Positions 37,915-51,269 of a DNA stretch of 64,000 nucleotides are shown in pieces (the first letter of the stretch is position 1; each line of letters starts with the position of its first letter). The translations under genes were made by a program, and so were the position numbers. The notes beneath the pieces were generated by a model. The model did no database searches. It worked only from the letters and a program-made list of their open reading frames with translations, and had not been told where the DNA came from. The stretch comes from Mobula hypostoma (lineage: Eukaryota), in assembly GCF_963921235.1 (NCBI RefSeq), contig NC_086118.1, positions 25,236,001-25,300,000 on the forward strand, given 5' to 3'.

Positions 37915-40110
37915 TAAGACCATAAGATATAGGAGCAGAATTAGGCCATTTGACCCATAGTGTCTGCTCTGCCATTTTATCATGGCTAATCCGGTTTTCC
38001 TCTCAGCCCCACTCTCCTGCCTTCCCCCCGTATCCCTTCATGCCCAGACCAAACAAGAATCTACTTCAACCTCTCCCTTAAATATGCATCAAGACAGTCT
38101 CCACAGCAGCATGTGGCAACAAATTTCACCACTCTTTGGCTAAAGAAATTCCTCCTCATCTCCTTTCTCAAAGGCGCCCCTCTATTCTGAGCCTATGTCC
38201 TCTGGTCTTAGACTCTCCCACCACTGGAAACATCCCCTCCACATCCACTCTATCAAGGCCTTTCACCTGTCAATAGGTTTCAATTAAGTCAACCCGCATT
38301 CTTCTGAATTCCAGTGAACACATGCACAGAACCATCAAACGCTCCCCATATGACAAGCCATTCAATCCTGGTATCATTTTCCTGAACCTCCTTTAAACCC
38401 TCTCCATTTTCAGCACATCCTTAATAAAATAAAGGGTTCAAAAATGCTCACAACACTCCAAGTGAGTTCTCTTCAGTGCTTTATAAAGTCTCAACATTAC
38501 ATCCTTGCTTTTAAATTCTAGTCCTCTTAAAATGAATGCTTACATTGCATTTGCCTTCCGCACCATAGTTTCAACCTGCAAATTAAACTTTAGGGAATCC
38601 TGCACAAGGATTCCCAAGTCCCATTGCACCTCAGATTTTTGTATTTTCTCTCAATTTAGAAAATAGTCAACCCTTTCATTTCTTCTACCAAAGTGCATGA
38701 CCATACACTTCCCAACACTGTATTCTATCTCCAACTTCTTTGCCCATTCTCCTAATCTGTCTAAGTCCCTCTGTGGCCTCTCTACTTCCTCAAAACTCCC
38801 TGTCCCTCCACCTAGCTTTGTATTGTCTGCGAACTTTGCAACAAAGCCATCGATTCAGTCATCCAAATCATTGACATACAATGTAAAAAGAATTGGTCCC
38901 AGTACAGACCCCTGTAGAGCCACCAGTCACCGGCAGCCAACCAGAAAAGTCTCTGTTTATTCCCATTCTTTGCCTCGTGCCAATCAGCCACTGTTTTATC
39001 CATACTAGAAAACTTCCTGTAATACCACGGGCTCGTAGCTTGTTAAGCAGCCTCATGTGTGGCACCTTGTCAAAGGCCTTCTGAAAATTCAAGTACACAA
39101 TTTCAACCGATTCTCCTTTGTCTATCCTGCTTGTTATTTCTTCAAAGAATTCCAACAGATTTGTCAGGCAAGATTTTCCCTTGAGGAATCCATGCTGACA
39201 ATGGCCTATTTTATCATGTGCATCCAAGTAATCCCAAACCGCATCTTTAACAATTGACTCCAACACCTTCCCAACCACTGGCCTATAATTTCCTTTCTTC
39301 TGCCTCTCTCCTTTCTTGAAAAATGGAGCGACATTTACAATTTTCCAGTCTACCAGAACCATTCCAGAACCTAGTGATTCTTGAAAGATCATAACTAATG
39401 CCTCCACAATCTCTTCAGCCACCTTTTTCAGAACCCTGGGGTGTACACCATCTGGTCCAGGTGACTTATCTACCTTCAGACCTTTCAATTTTCCAAAAAC
39501 CTCCTCCCTAGTAATGGTAACTTCACACATTTCATGACCCTTGACACCTGCAACTTCCACCATACTGCTAGTGCCTTCCATAGTGAAGACTAATGCAAAA
39601 TACTTATTCAGTTTGTCCGCCGTTTCCTTGTCTCTCATTACTACCTCTCCAACGTTGTTTTCCAGCAGTCTGATATCCACTCTCGCCTCGCTTTTACACT
39701 TTATGTGTCAGAAGAAACTTTTGGTATCTTTTTTAATATTATTGGCTAGCTTACTTTTGTATTCCATTTTTACCTTCTTAATGACTTTCTAGTTGTCTTT
39801 TTTTGGTATTTAAAAGCTTCCCAATCCTCCAACTTTCCACTAATTTTTGTTCAGTTATATGCCCTCTCTTTGGTTATTATGCTGACTTTGACTTCTCTTC
39901 TTAGCCATGATTGTGTCATCTTGCCTTTAGAATACTTCTTCCTCTTTGGGATGTATTTATCCTGTGCCTTCCGAATTGCTTCGAAAAATTCCGGCCAATG
40001 CTGATCTGTCATCATCCCTGCCAATGTTTTTTTCCAATCAATTCTGGCCAGATGCTCTCTCATGCCTTTATAATTCCCTTTACTCCACTGTAATACTGAT
40101 ATATCTGAGT
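37915..40110 (-). mobile_element. Degenerate CR1 LINE ORF2 plus 3' UTR
   Basis: KSPGPDGVHPRVLK...QHGFLKGKSCLTNLLEFFE; ccataag tail near 37920. Confidence 0.9.
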
Positions 40111-40274
40111 ATTAAATAAATAAATAATGCTGAGAACATGAATGCTGATGACACAAAGGTTGGGGGTTTTGTGGATAGGCTGGAGGGTTGTCAGAGATTA
40201 AGTGGAACATCGATAGGATGCAGAACTGGGCTGAGAAGTGGCAGATGGGCTTCAACCTGATGGTGTGGGGCCTA

Positions 40275-41140
40275 AGTTCAAAAGTTTAAAGTTCAAAGTT
40301 CAAAGTAAAAATTATTATCAGAGTACCTACATGTCACCATATACAACCCTGAGATTTTTTTCCTGCAGGCATACTTAGCAAATCTATAGAACAGTAACTG
40401 TAAATAGGATCAATGAACAACAAACTATGCAAATGCAGATATAAATAAACAGCAATAAATAGAGAGTATGAAATAACAAGATAAAGAGTCCTTAAAGTGA
40501 GACCACCAGCTGTGGGAACACCAGAAGTAGAATGAGTGTAGCTATCCCCTTTTGTTCAAGAGCCTGATGGTTGAGGGGTAGTAACTGTTCTTGAACCTGG
40601 TGGTGAGAGTCCTGAGCATTTGTACCTTCTCCCTGATGGCAGCAGTGATTAAAGAGCCATGGCCTGGGTGGGGAAGATCTTTGACGTTGCTTTTCTATAG
40701 CAACGTTTCATGTAGATGCGCTCTGTGGTTGTGAGGGCTTTACTCGTGATGTACAGGGCCAAATCCAGTATCTTTCATAGGATTTTCTGCTCAAAGGCAT
40801 TGGTGTTCCCATACCAGGCTGTAATGCAGCCTGTCAGCACACTTTCCATCACACATCTATAGAAGAGTACAGAAGGACTAAGGTGTATCCACTACGTTTT
40901 GTAGACTTTGCCATTTCTTGGCATTGGTGTTTTCATACCAGGCCGTGATGCAACCAGTCAAGAAACTCTCCACTGTGGACCTATAAAAGTTTGTCAAAGT
41001 TCTAAATGACAGCTGAATCTGCAAAAACCCCCTGGAAAGTAAAGTGCTGTCGTGCCTTCTTTGTTATGGCAGTTGCATGCTGGTCCCAGGCTAGATCCTC
41101 TGATATGATAACACCAAGGAATTTAAAGTTGTTGACCCTC
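40275..41140 (-). mobile_element. Rex1/Babar-like LINE 3' fragments
   Basis: (aagttca)n tail at about 40275; reverse complement of the HP...LPSGRRY motif. Confidence 0.65.
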
Positions 41141-41841
41141 TTTATTACAAATTACCCTGCTTCTGTTTAGAGGCACAGTTATATTGACAATACTCTTTCT
41201 CCTAAGTGATCATTAACCATAATTATGTATAATTCTAGCCAGTATGGGAGATTTGTAATACAGCTGGATTGGAAAATCAAAACCAGAATTAGGTTTAGAT
41301 TTATTATCACTGACATAGGCATGACATTTGCTGTTTTGCAGCAACAGTACAGTGCATTACAGAAAAAAGTACCATAAGTTACAAAAAGATATATAAGGTA
41401 ACAGGTAGTGTAAAGGACCATATTGATTTGAATTTACATTATACATTATAATTCACCTTCATCCCTTGAAGTCCTCCCAACTAAAGCTGTCTGACGTCAA
41501 GCATCTATTTTATATACCTAAACTAATAGATTCTAAGGGTTTAAATGAGATTCTTTAGATAATTTCTCAACAACCAAGTATGTTAATTACAGCCACAGTA
41601 ATGATGGTAACTTTGTGTTAAGCAAAATCTAGCCTTGAGGCTGACAGCTCAGAGAAATGCTTTTAAGTTTTTTTTTATGGTTTGCAATGATGTCCCAATG
41701 ACGTAGTATAAACAGAATAGTAATGTGATTTTTATTTATCACAATAAATTGTGTCAGTTCCATGTTCCAAAATAGCACTGAATAAAACTTATTCCAGATG
41801 GGATCTTTAATTGACAGTTTAGATACAGTCCTTGTAACTGG

Positions 41842-41944
41842 GATAAAAATGAAGCTTGCCAGATTAGAAATCTAATTTTGAACTTGAAATAAGATAAAAA
41901 ATGACGCTTGAAAGATTAGAAATCTAATTTTGACCTTGAAATAA
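41842..41944. repeat. Local tandem duplication of about 51 bp
   Basis: gataaaaatgaagcttgccagattagaaatctaattttgaacttgaaataa occurs twice with a few changes. Confidence 0.85.
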
Positions 41945-42140
41945 AAATTAGCATGTCAAGATTTCCACAGACAGGGATTTACAAAGCAAAGTAAGTTCTC
42001 TTTGTACCCTTTTTCAGCTGACAACTTATAGGCTCTTGAGTTTAATTAAAATGTAGCGAACAAGGTTAATTTGAAGTATGAAGTATTCACTTGGAGTCAA
42101 GGGATATAATTAGATGCACATTGATATTTGTGAAGGGTTA

Positions 42141-43243
42141 TAGAAACATAGAAAATAGGTGCAGGAGTAGGCCATTCGGCCCTTCGAGCCTGCACCGCCA
42201 TTTATTATGATCATGGCTGATCATCCAACTCAGAACCCCGCCCCAGCCTTCCCTCCATATCCCCTGACCCCCGTAGCCACAAGGGCCATATCTAACTCCC
42301 TCTTAAATATAGCCAATGAACTGGCCTCAACTGTTTCCTGTGGCAGAGAATTCCACAGATTCACCACTCTCTGTGTGAAGAAGTTTTTCCTAATCTCAGT
42401 CCTAAAAGGCTTCCCCTCTATCCTCAAACTGTGACCCCTCGTTCTGGACTTCCCCAACATCGGGATCAATCTTCCTGCATCTAGCCTGTCCAATCCCTTT
42501 AGGATCTTATACGTTTCAATCAGATCCCCCCTCAATCTTCTAAATTCCAACGAGTACAAGCCCAATTCATCCAGTCTTTCTTCATATGAAAGTCCTGCCA
42601 TCCCAGGAATCAATCTGGTGAACCTTCTTTGTACTCCCTCTATGGCAAAGATGTCTTTCCTCAGATTAGGGGACCAAAACTGCACACAATACTCCGGGTG
42701 TGGTCTCACCAAGGCCTTGTACAACTGCAGTAGTACCTCCCTGCTCCTGTACTTGAATCCTCTCGCTATAAATGCCAGCATACCATTCGCCTTTTTCATC
42801 GTCTGCTGTACCTGCATGCCCACTTTCAATGACTGGTGTATAATGACACCCAGGTCTCGTTGCACCTCCCCTTTTCCTAATCGGCTACCATTCAGATAAT
42901 AATCTGTTTTCCTATTTTTGCCACCAAAGTGGATAACTTCACATTTATCCACATTAAATTGCATCTGCCATGAATTTGCCCACTCACCCAACCTATCCAA
43001 GTCACCCTGCATCCTCTTAGCATCCTCCTCACTGCTAACACTGCCACCCAGCTTCGTGTCATCTGCAAACTTGGAGATGCTGCATTTAATTCCCTCATCC
43101 AAGTCATTAATATATATTGTAAACAACTGGGGTCCCAGCACTGAGCCTTGCGGTACCCCACTAGTCACCGCCTGCCATTCTGAAAAGGTCCCGTTTATTC
43201 CCACTCTTTGCTTCCTGTCTGCTAACCAATTCTCCACCCACAC
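42141..43243 (-). mobile_element. Young 5'-truncated CR1 LINE with an uninterrupted 337-codon RT C-terminal ORF
   Basis: GVPQGSVLGP and KFADD motifs, no stops up to the natural end; tagaaaca tail. Confidence 0.92.
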
Positions 43244-43399
43244 CTCCTGGGCTTCACACTTTATTTTTCGTTGTACTTAACATATTTTTCCCTTGGTCAG
43301 AAATATCCACAATCTCCTTACTGCAAAGGTTTCCCTATAATGTCACAGGGAGCATAGGGTTGCAAACCAATGTTTAATAAAACAAATCGGAAACTAGCA

Positions 43400-43510
43400 A
43401 TTCTTTTGACAGCGTACAATATACTGGAGGAACTTAACGAGCCAGAGATTACCTGTGGAGGGAAATGGATAGTCAACATTTTGTGTTGAGACCCTTCATC
43501 TGGGCCAGTA
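43400..43510 (-). mobile_element. Degenerate Penelope pLTR fragment
   Basis: ctggaggaact...agtcaacattttgtgttgagacccttcatc. Confidence 0.6.
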
Positions 43511-43526
43511 CTTACAGTCTCTTCTA

Positions 43527-45148
43527 CAGTGCCTATAAAAAGTATTCACATCCCTTGGAATTTTTTCACGTTTTATCATTTCACAACATTGAATTATAGT
43601 GGATTTATTTTCACTTTTTTGACACTGATCAAAAAAAACTCTTTTGTGTCAAAGTGAAAACAGATCTCTGCAAAGTGATCTAAATTAATTACAAATATAA
43701 AACACCAAATAATTTACTGCATAAGTATTCACCCCCTGCCCCTTTTAATATGACACACCAAATCATCATTGGTGCAGCCAAATGGTTTAGAAGTCACATA
43801 ATTCATTAAATAGGGATCTGTTTTTGGGGACTTGTGTGCAGTCAAGGTGTTTCAATTGATTGGAGTCAAAATACTCCTGTATCTGAAAGGTTCAACAGCT
43901 GGTGAGTCAGTATCCTGGCAAAAACTACACCAGAAGACAAAAGAACACTCCAAGCAACTCCATGAAATGGTCATTGAAAAGCGCAAGTTAGGAGATGGAT
44001 ACAAGAAAATTTTCAAGTCACTCAATATCCCTTGGAGTACAGTTAGGTCAATCATCAAGAAATGGAAAGAATATGGCACAGCTGTAAATCAGCCTAGAAC
44101 AGGCCATCCTCAAAAACTGAGTGACCGTGCAAGAAGGGGACTAGTGAGGGAGGCCACCAAGAGACCTATGACAACTCTGGAGGAGTTACAAGCTTCAGTG
44201 GCTGAAATGGGAGGGTCTGCACATACAACTACTGTAGCTCAGGTGCTTCACCAGTCACAGCTTTATGGGACAGTGGCAAATAGAAAGCCACTGTTGACAA
44301 AAATGCACAAGAACTCTTGGCTAGAGTTTGTCAGAGGCATGTGAGGCACTCTGAAGTCAGCTGGAGGGAGGTTCTATGGCCTGATGAAACCAAGATTGAG
44401 CTTTTTGGCCATTAGACTAAATGCTATGTTTCGCATAAGCCAAACACCACGCATCATCAAAAACACACCATCCCTACAGTGAAGCATGGTGGTGGCTGCA
44501 TCATGCTGTGGGTTCACTGCAGCAGGCCCTGGAAGGCTTGTGAAGGTAGAGGATAAAATGAATGCAGCAAAATACAGGGAAGTCCTGGAGGAAAACCTGA
44601 TGCAGTCTGCAAGAGAACTGCGACTTGGGAGAAGAGTTGTTTTCCAGCAAGGCCAAGCATAAAGCCAAAGTTACACAGGAATGGCTTAAAAATCACAAAG
44701 TTAATGTCCTTGTCAGAATCCAGACCTCAATCCAATTGAGAATTTGTGACTGGACTTGTAAAAGGCTGTTCACTCACGATCCTCATGCAATCTAACAGAG
44801 CTTGAGCGATTTTGTAAAGAAGAATGGTGAAAAATTTCAGTGTCCAGATGTGCAGAGCTGGTAACGACCTATCCACACAGACTCAGGGCTGTAATTGCTG
44901 CCAAAGTTGCATGTACTAGATACAGACTTGAAGGGGGTTGAATACTTTGCAATCAATTATTTTGTGTCTTGTATTTGTAATTAATCGCTTTGTAGAGATC
45001 TATTTTCACTTTGACATGAATGAGTCTTTTTCTGTTGATCAGTGTGAAAAAAAGCCAAATTAAATCCACTGTGATTCAATGTTGTAAAACAATAAAACAT
45101 GAAAACTTCCAAGGTGGGAGGAGGGCTGAATATGTTTTATAGGTACTG
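43527..45148 (+). mobile_element. Tc1-family DNA transposon, full length (about 1.62 kb), transposase disrupted
   Basis: TA|CAGTGCC ... GGTACTG|TA ends with long imperfect TIRs. HTH region GYKKIFKSLNIPWSTVRSIIKKWKE, then [22 protein letters not shown] and SPDLNPIENL, with stops and frameshifts. Confidence 0.92.
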
Positions 45149-45539
45149 TATATCAAATCTTTTGGTAAAATTATACAATATAATTATTTGTACCTCACAA
45201 TCATTTTCTTTCTTTACCAAATGGAAGCACAATTTATTATCATAATTAAAATATGATACATAGAAATGTACAGCAAATTCAAAAGCATTCTTTCTCCCTG
45301 TTACCTTACCTGGAACAGCACTGACATTCTTTGGAATCTCAGACTTTGAGCATATCTAATGTTTGAAATATTCATTTTTGATAGGTTAAAGGTAGTGACA
45401 TTACACCAAAAGGATAATAAAAGCAATTTTATTCCCTATCTGATCTTATTCTCACAACGTCAATGAACAATTGGGATAGGTGTTCAACTTTAAATTCCTT
45501 CTTCATAGATGACTGAGCATTCCTGAGATATTTGAGATA

Positions 45540-48055
45540 TTCTGAGATTGTCCCTCTGGAGAACTCCCACCCAAACTCATACTATTCTTGCCACGCCCTG
45601 CTTGTTTCTACCTCCTACCCAAGATCCACCAACCTGGCTATCCCGGTAGGCATATTCTCAAAGCCTGTTTCTGCCCCACTGAACTCATGTCCGCATACCT
45701 TGACTTCATTCTATCCCCCTTGGTTCAGTCCCTTTCAATCCACATCTGCGACTCTTCACATGCTGGCCCTCGTCCTCAACAATTCCTTCTTCGGTTCCTC
45801 CCACTTTCTCCAAACTCAAAGGGTAGCTATGGAACCCAGCTATGCCTGCATTTTCATTAGCTATGCAGAGCAGTCAATATCCCAAGCCCTCCCTGGTAAC
45901 GCTTCCCAGCTCTTCCCGCGCTATATTGATAGCTGCATTGGTGATGTTTCATGCACCCATGCTGAGCTCATCAATTGCATCAACTTTGCTCCCAACATCC
46001 ACCCTGCTCTTAAATTCACTTGCTCCATTTCTGACCTCTCTTCCCTTTCTCGATCTCTCGGTCTCCATCCCTGGAGACAAACTGCCTACCAACATCTTTT
46101 ATAAATCTACTGATTGCCACAGCTATCTTGATTATATCTCTTCCCACCCTGTCTCCAGTAAAAATGCTATTCCCTTTCCTTAGTTCCTTTGTCTCCTCTG
46201 CATCTGCTCCCGGGGTGAGGCTTTCCTTTCCAGGACTTCAGATATGTCCTCTTTCCTCAAAGAATGGGATTTCCCTTCCTCCACCATTGATGTTGCCCTC
46301 GCCCCACATCTCTTCCATTTCCAGGACATCGGCGCTCGCTCCATCTTTCTGATGCTTTAACAGTGATAAGAGTTTCTCTTGTACTTACCTACGGCCCCTT
46401 GAGCTTCCACATCCAACACATGGTCCTCTGCAACTTCCGCCATCTCCAAAGAGATCCTAGCACTAAATATATCTTTACTTCCCTCTCTCCACTGCTTTCT
46501 CCAGAGATCGCTCCCTCCATGATTCCCTTGTCCATTCATCCCTCCCCACTAATTTCCCTCCTGGCACAAATCCCTGCAAGCGACATAAATGCTACAGCTG
46601 CCCGTTCCCCTCCTCCCTCACCTCCATTCAGGGCCCCAAACAGCCCTTCCAGGTGAGGTAACCCTTCGACTGCCAATCTGCTGGGGCTGTCTGTTGTATT
46701 CGGTGCTCCTGATGCAGTCTCCTCTACATTAGTGAGACCCAACCTAAACTGGGCGACCGCTTCGTCGAGCATCTCTGCTCCATCCGCCAAAAGCAGAATT
46801 TCCTGGTGGCCAAGAGTTTTCATTCTTGTCCCCATTCCCATTCCAACATGTCGATCCATGACCTCCTTCCCTTCTGCCACAATTGAGGCTACCCTCAGGG
46901 TGGAGGAGCAACACAGCATGTTCCATCTGGATAGCCTCCAACCCGATAGCAGAAACATCAATTTCTCCATCTGTTTTCCCCTCCCCCTGCCCTCTTCTTC
47001 TTCTTTCTTCTTTTATTCTCCACTCTGTTAGTTTTTGTGTGCGAGAGAGGGGTTGGGGGTTTGATGTTATTGTTACCGTTTTTTTCCCTTGAGGGCGATA
47101 TGTTAGTTTTTTTGTGAGGGAGGGGGTGGGGGGTTTGGGGTTTGAAAGTTTTTGCTTCTTTTTCTATTTTGTGACGGGGGGGTTATGTCTTTTCATTCAA
47201 TGACTCCAATGGTTTTTCTGTATTTCATGGCTATCTGAAGAAGACAAATCTCAGAGTTGTATTCTGCAGACATACTTTGATAATACTTTCATTCGTAAGG
47301 CCAGCGATGTTGTGGAGATGGAACTGGACTCTCTGACGGTGTCTGAAAAGAGGATGCTGTCCAAGTTGCATGCCATCTTGGACAATGTCTCCCATCCACT
47401 ACATAATGGACTGGTTGGGCACAGGAGTACATTCAGCCAGAGACTCATTCCACTGAGATGCAACACTGAGCATCATAGGAAGTCATTCCTGCCTGTGGCC
47501 ATCAAACTTTACAACTCCTCCCTCGGAGGATCAGACACCCTGAGCCAATAGGCTGGTCCTGGACTTATTTCCTGGCATAATTTACATATTATGATTTAAT
47601 TATTTATGGTTTTATTACTATTTAATTATTTATGGTGCAACTGTAACAAAAACCAATTTCCCTCAGGATCAATAAAGTATGACTATGACTATAATAAAAT
47701 GAACCTTTGAATCTTCGGTCTCTTATCTCTTCTGCTCACCTGCCTATTCCCTCCTCCTGATGCCACTCCTTATCTTTCTCCTATGGTCTACTCTCCTCTC
47801 CTATCAGATTCCTTCTACTCCAGCCCTTTACCTTTCCCATCCACTTGGCTTCACCTATCAACTTCCTCCTTCCCCTCCCCTCCCATTTTTTTATTCTGAC
47901 ATCTTCCCTCTTCCTTTTGAGTCCTGAAGAACGGTCTTGGTCCGAAACATCGATTGTTTATTCATTTCCATATTTGCTGCCTGACCTGCTGAGTTCCTCC
48001 AGTACTTTATGTGTGTTCCTCAAGATTTCCAGCATCTGCAGAAACTCTGTGTTTA
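45540..48055 (+). mobile_element. Penelope-like element (RT, GIY-YIG, pLTR), interrupted at about 47030-47710 by Rex1-like fragments
   Basis: FYLLPKIH, RYIDSC, FLDLSV, YK...SYLDY..SHP and EATLRVEEQH motifs; hammerhead remnant at 47920-47955. Confidence 0.85.
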
Positions 48056-48084
48056 TTATTTCCTTTAAATATTTGATTTCTAAA

Positions 48085-48440
48085 TCTATAATGTGTATAA
48101 GATGATGAGAGGCATTGATCGTGGAGATAGTCAAGAGGCTTTTTCCCAGGGCTGAAATGGCTGGCACAAGAGAGCACTTAAAGTACTTGGGAGTAGTACA
48201 GAGGAGATATCAGGGGTAAGTCTTTTATGCAGAGAGTGGTGAGTGCGTGGAATGGGCTGCCGGCAACAGTGGTGGAGGCGGATATGATAGGGTCTTTTAA
48301 TAGACTTTTGGATAGGTACATGGAGCTTAGAAAAACAGACGGCTATGGGTAAACCTAGTAATTTCTAAGGTAAGGACAAGTTCAGTACAACTTTGTGGAC
48401 TGAAGGGCATGTATTGTGCTGTCGGTTTTCTATGTTTCTA
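48085..48440 (+). mobile_element. CR1 LINE 3' end
   Basis: gtataagatgatgagaggcattgatcg...ttctatgtttcta. Confidence 0.8.
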
Positions 48441-48712
48441 TAATATTTTTTTCTGTTGTGGGAGAAGAACCTGTTTAGTGGATTGATGTGAATGGTGTTG
48501 TTCTTTGTACCTTCTTTGATTGACAAAGAGTTGATCGTGAAATCATAATGCAGAAGAGAGAGGGTAGAGAATGTCAATGACCGCCCACCAAAGAGATATC
48601 GGCTGTTGACATTCCCCTCGCATTTGATTTTTATCTGGGGATAATTAAAGCTGCTAATGCTGAAATTTGAATCTGGTTGCCATGCCATAACTGAGCAACT
48701 ACGTATTCCTCT

Positions 48713-51234
48713 TTCTTTCTTTTTAAATCTTTTTATTGAGTAAGTATACAAAAAAGGTAAGCCATATAAACATTAATACAATGTTAAAGTATAATAAAAT
48801 TCCAAAAGATAACAATACCAAAAAGAAAATACTACAAACAATGTAATTTAAGCATAAGAAACCAAGATAACATAATAGTATACTAAATTTTATATATATC
48901 AATGGAAAAAAAGAAAAAAAAACAACCCCCAAAAAAAACCCACCGTGCAACTAACTAAAAGCAAAGCAAAGCAATGGGCTAACTTGAAACCAAACATAGT
49001 TAAACTTAAAATCACGTCCTCAATCCCGACCTCCATTAAAACAGTGAAAAAAAAACAAGAAGGGTAAATATTACATTAAATGAAAATATCGAATAAAAGG
49101 TCCCCAAATCTGTTCAAATTTAAATGAAGAATCATAAAGGTTACTTCTAATTTTCTCCAGATTCAAACATAAAATCGTCTGAGAAAACCAAAAAAAGGTG
49201 GTTGGAGCATTAAGCTCTTTCCAATGTTGTAAAATACATCTTTTCGCCATCAAAGTAAGAAATGCAATCATTCTACGGGCTGAAGGGGAAAGATTACTAG
49301 AAATTTTAGGTAGTCCAAAGATAGCAGTAATAGGGTGAGGAGAGATATCTATATTTAATACCTTAGAAATAATATTGAAAATATCTCTCCAAAAAGTTTC
49401 CAAAGTAGGGCAAGACCAAAACATATGAGTTAAAGAGGCTATCTGCCCCGAACATCTATCACAGAAAGGATTAATATGCGTGTAAAAACGCGCTAACTTA
49501 TCTTTGGACATATGTGCTCTATGAACCACTTTAAATTGAATTAGGGAATGTTTAGCACAAATAGAGGAAGTATTGACTAATTGTAAAATCTGCCCCCAGT
49601 CATCCACGGAAATGATAGACCCCAATTCCTGTTCCCAATCTACCCTAATCTTATCAAATGGAGCTTTCCTAAGTTTCATAATAATATTATAAATCATAGC
49701 CGATGCACCTTTCTGACATGGATTAAGGTTAATTATCGAGTCTAAAATATATATAGGAGGAAGCATTGGAAAGGAAGAAAGTATAGTACTTAGGAAATTT
49801 CTAACTTGTAAATATCTAAAAAAATGTATTCTTGATAAGTTATATTTATTAGATAATTGTTCAAAAGACATAAGGGAACCATCTAAAAATAAATCCAAAA
49901 ACCGTAAAATACCCTTAGTCTTCCAAGTTTGAAAAGCGCGATCCGTAAAAGAGGGAGGAAAAAATATGTTACCTAAAATAGGAATCGCTAACCCGAATTG
50001 ATTAAGATCAAAAAATTTTCTAAATTGAAACCAAATACGCAAAGCATATTTAACGATCGGGTTAGAGACCTGCTTAAGGCGTTTCGAATCAAAAGGAAGA
50101 GATGAACCTAAAATAGAACCAAGTGTATAGCCCTGAACAGATTGTAATTCCAATGCTACCCATTTAGGAATAGATAGTATGTCCCGGTCAAGTAACCAAA
50201 ATTTCATATGTCGAATATTAATAGCCCAATAATAAAATCTAAAGTTAGGTAATGCTAAACCTCCATCTCTCTTAGCTTTCTGTAAATGTATTTTACCCAG
50301 TCTCGGATTCTTATTCTGCCAAATAAATGAAGAAATTTTAGAGTCGACTTTATCAAAAAAAGATTTAGGAACGAAAATTGGTAATGCCTGAAACACATAT
50401 AAAAATTTTGGCAAAAAAAACATCTTAACTGTATTAATACGACCAACCAAAGTTAAATATAAAGGAAACCATTTAGATGAAAGTTGAGTAATATGGTCTA
50501 TTAATGGTAAAAAGTTAGTCTTAAATAAATCTTTATGTTTACAAGTAATTTTAATCCCAAGATATGAAAGGTAATTATTAATCAATTTAAATGGAAATTT
50601 ATAATATAAGGGAAGATGTTTATTAATCGGAAAAAGTTCACTCTTACTAAGATTTAATTTATAACCTGAGAAAAGACCAAATTGTGCTAATAACTCTAAA
50701 ACAGCAGGAATAGATCTCTCAGGATTAGAAATATATAAAAGTAAATCATCAGCATAGAGTGATAATTTATGGGACTTTAATCCCCGAGTTATCCCAGTAA
50801 TATTTGAAGATTCTCGAATAGCAATTGCAAGAGGTTCTAATGCAATATCAAATAATAGGGGACTAAGAGGACAGCCTTGTCGAGTACCACGAAAGAGAGG
50901 GAAAAAAGGTGAGTTTAAAGAGTTAGTACGAACCGAGGCTACAGGGGAGTAATATAACAGTTTAATCCAGGATATAAATTTCAAGCTAAAATTAAACATT
51001 TCAAGCACCTTAAATAAATAAGGCCATTCTACTCTATCAAAAGCTTTCTCGGCATCTAAAGAAATAACACACTCAGGAACATTTTGTGAGGGAGTATAAA
51101 CGATATTTAACAATGTACGAATATTATAAAAAGAGTAACGACCTTTAATAAAACCCGTTTGGTCTTCCGAAATAATAGAAGGAAGTACTTTTTCTAGTCT
51201 ATTTGCTAATAACTTAGAAAAAACTTTAGAATCA
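48713..51234 (-). mobile_element. Young 5'-truncated L1-clade LINE with an uninterrupted ORF2 remnant (RT through C-terminal CCHC)
   Basis: SLDAEKAFDRV, RGTRQGCPLSPLLF, YADD and CDRC...HMFWSC motifs. Reading frame open from the truncation point to the stop at 49071. AATAAA and A-rich tail. Perfect TSD gtattcctct (48703-48712 / 51235-51244). Confidence 0.95.
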
Positions 51235-51269
51235 GTATTCCTCTATGGGACAAGGAGCAATGCCACAAA

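Noticed and set aside
45310..45355. 46-nt AG...GTAAGG-bounded segment considered as tex47 exon 2
   Set aside because: The peptide does not resemble TEX47, and 60870-60942 fits far better.
49071..51113. 680-aa ORF as a host gene or domesticated RT
   Set aside because: It is a 5'-truncated L1 ORF2 with TSD and tail, and has no true start codon.
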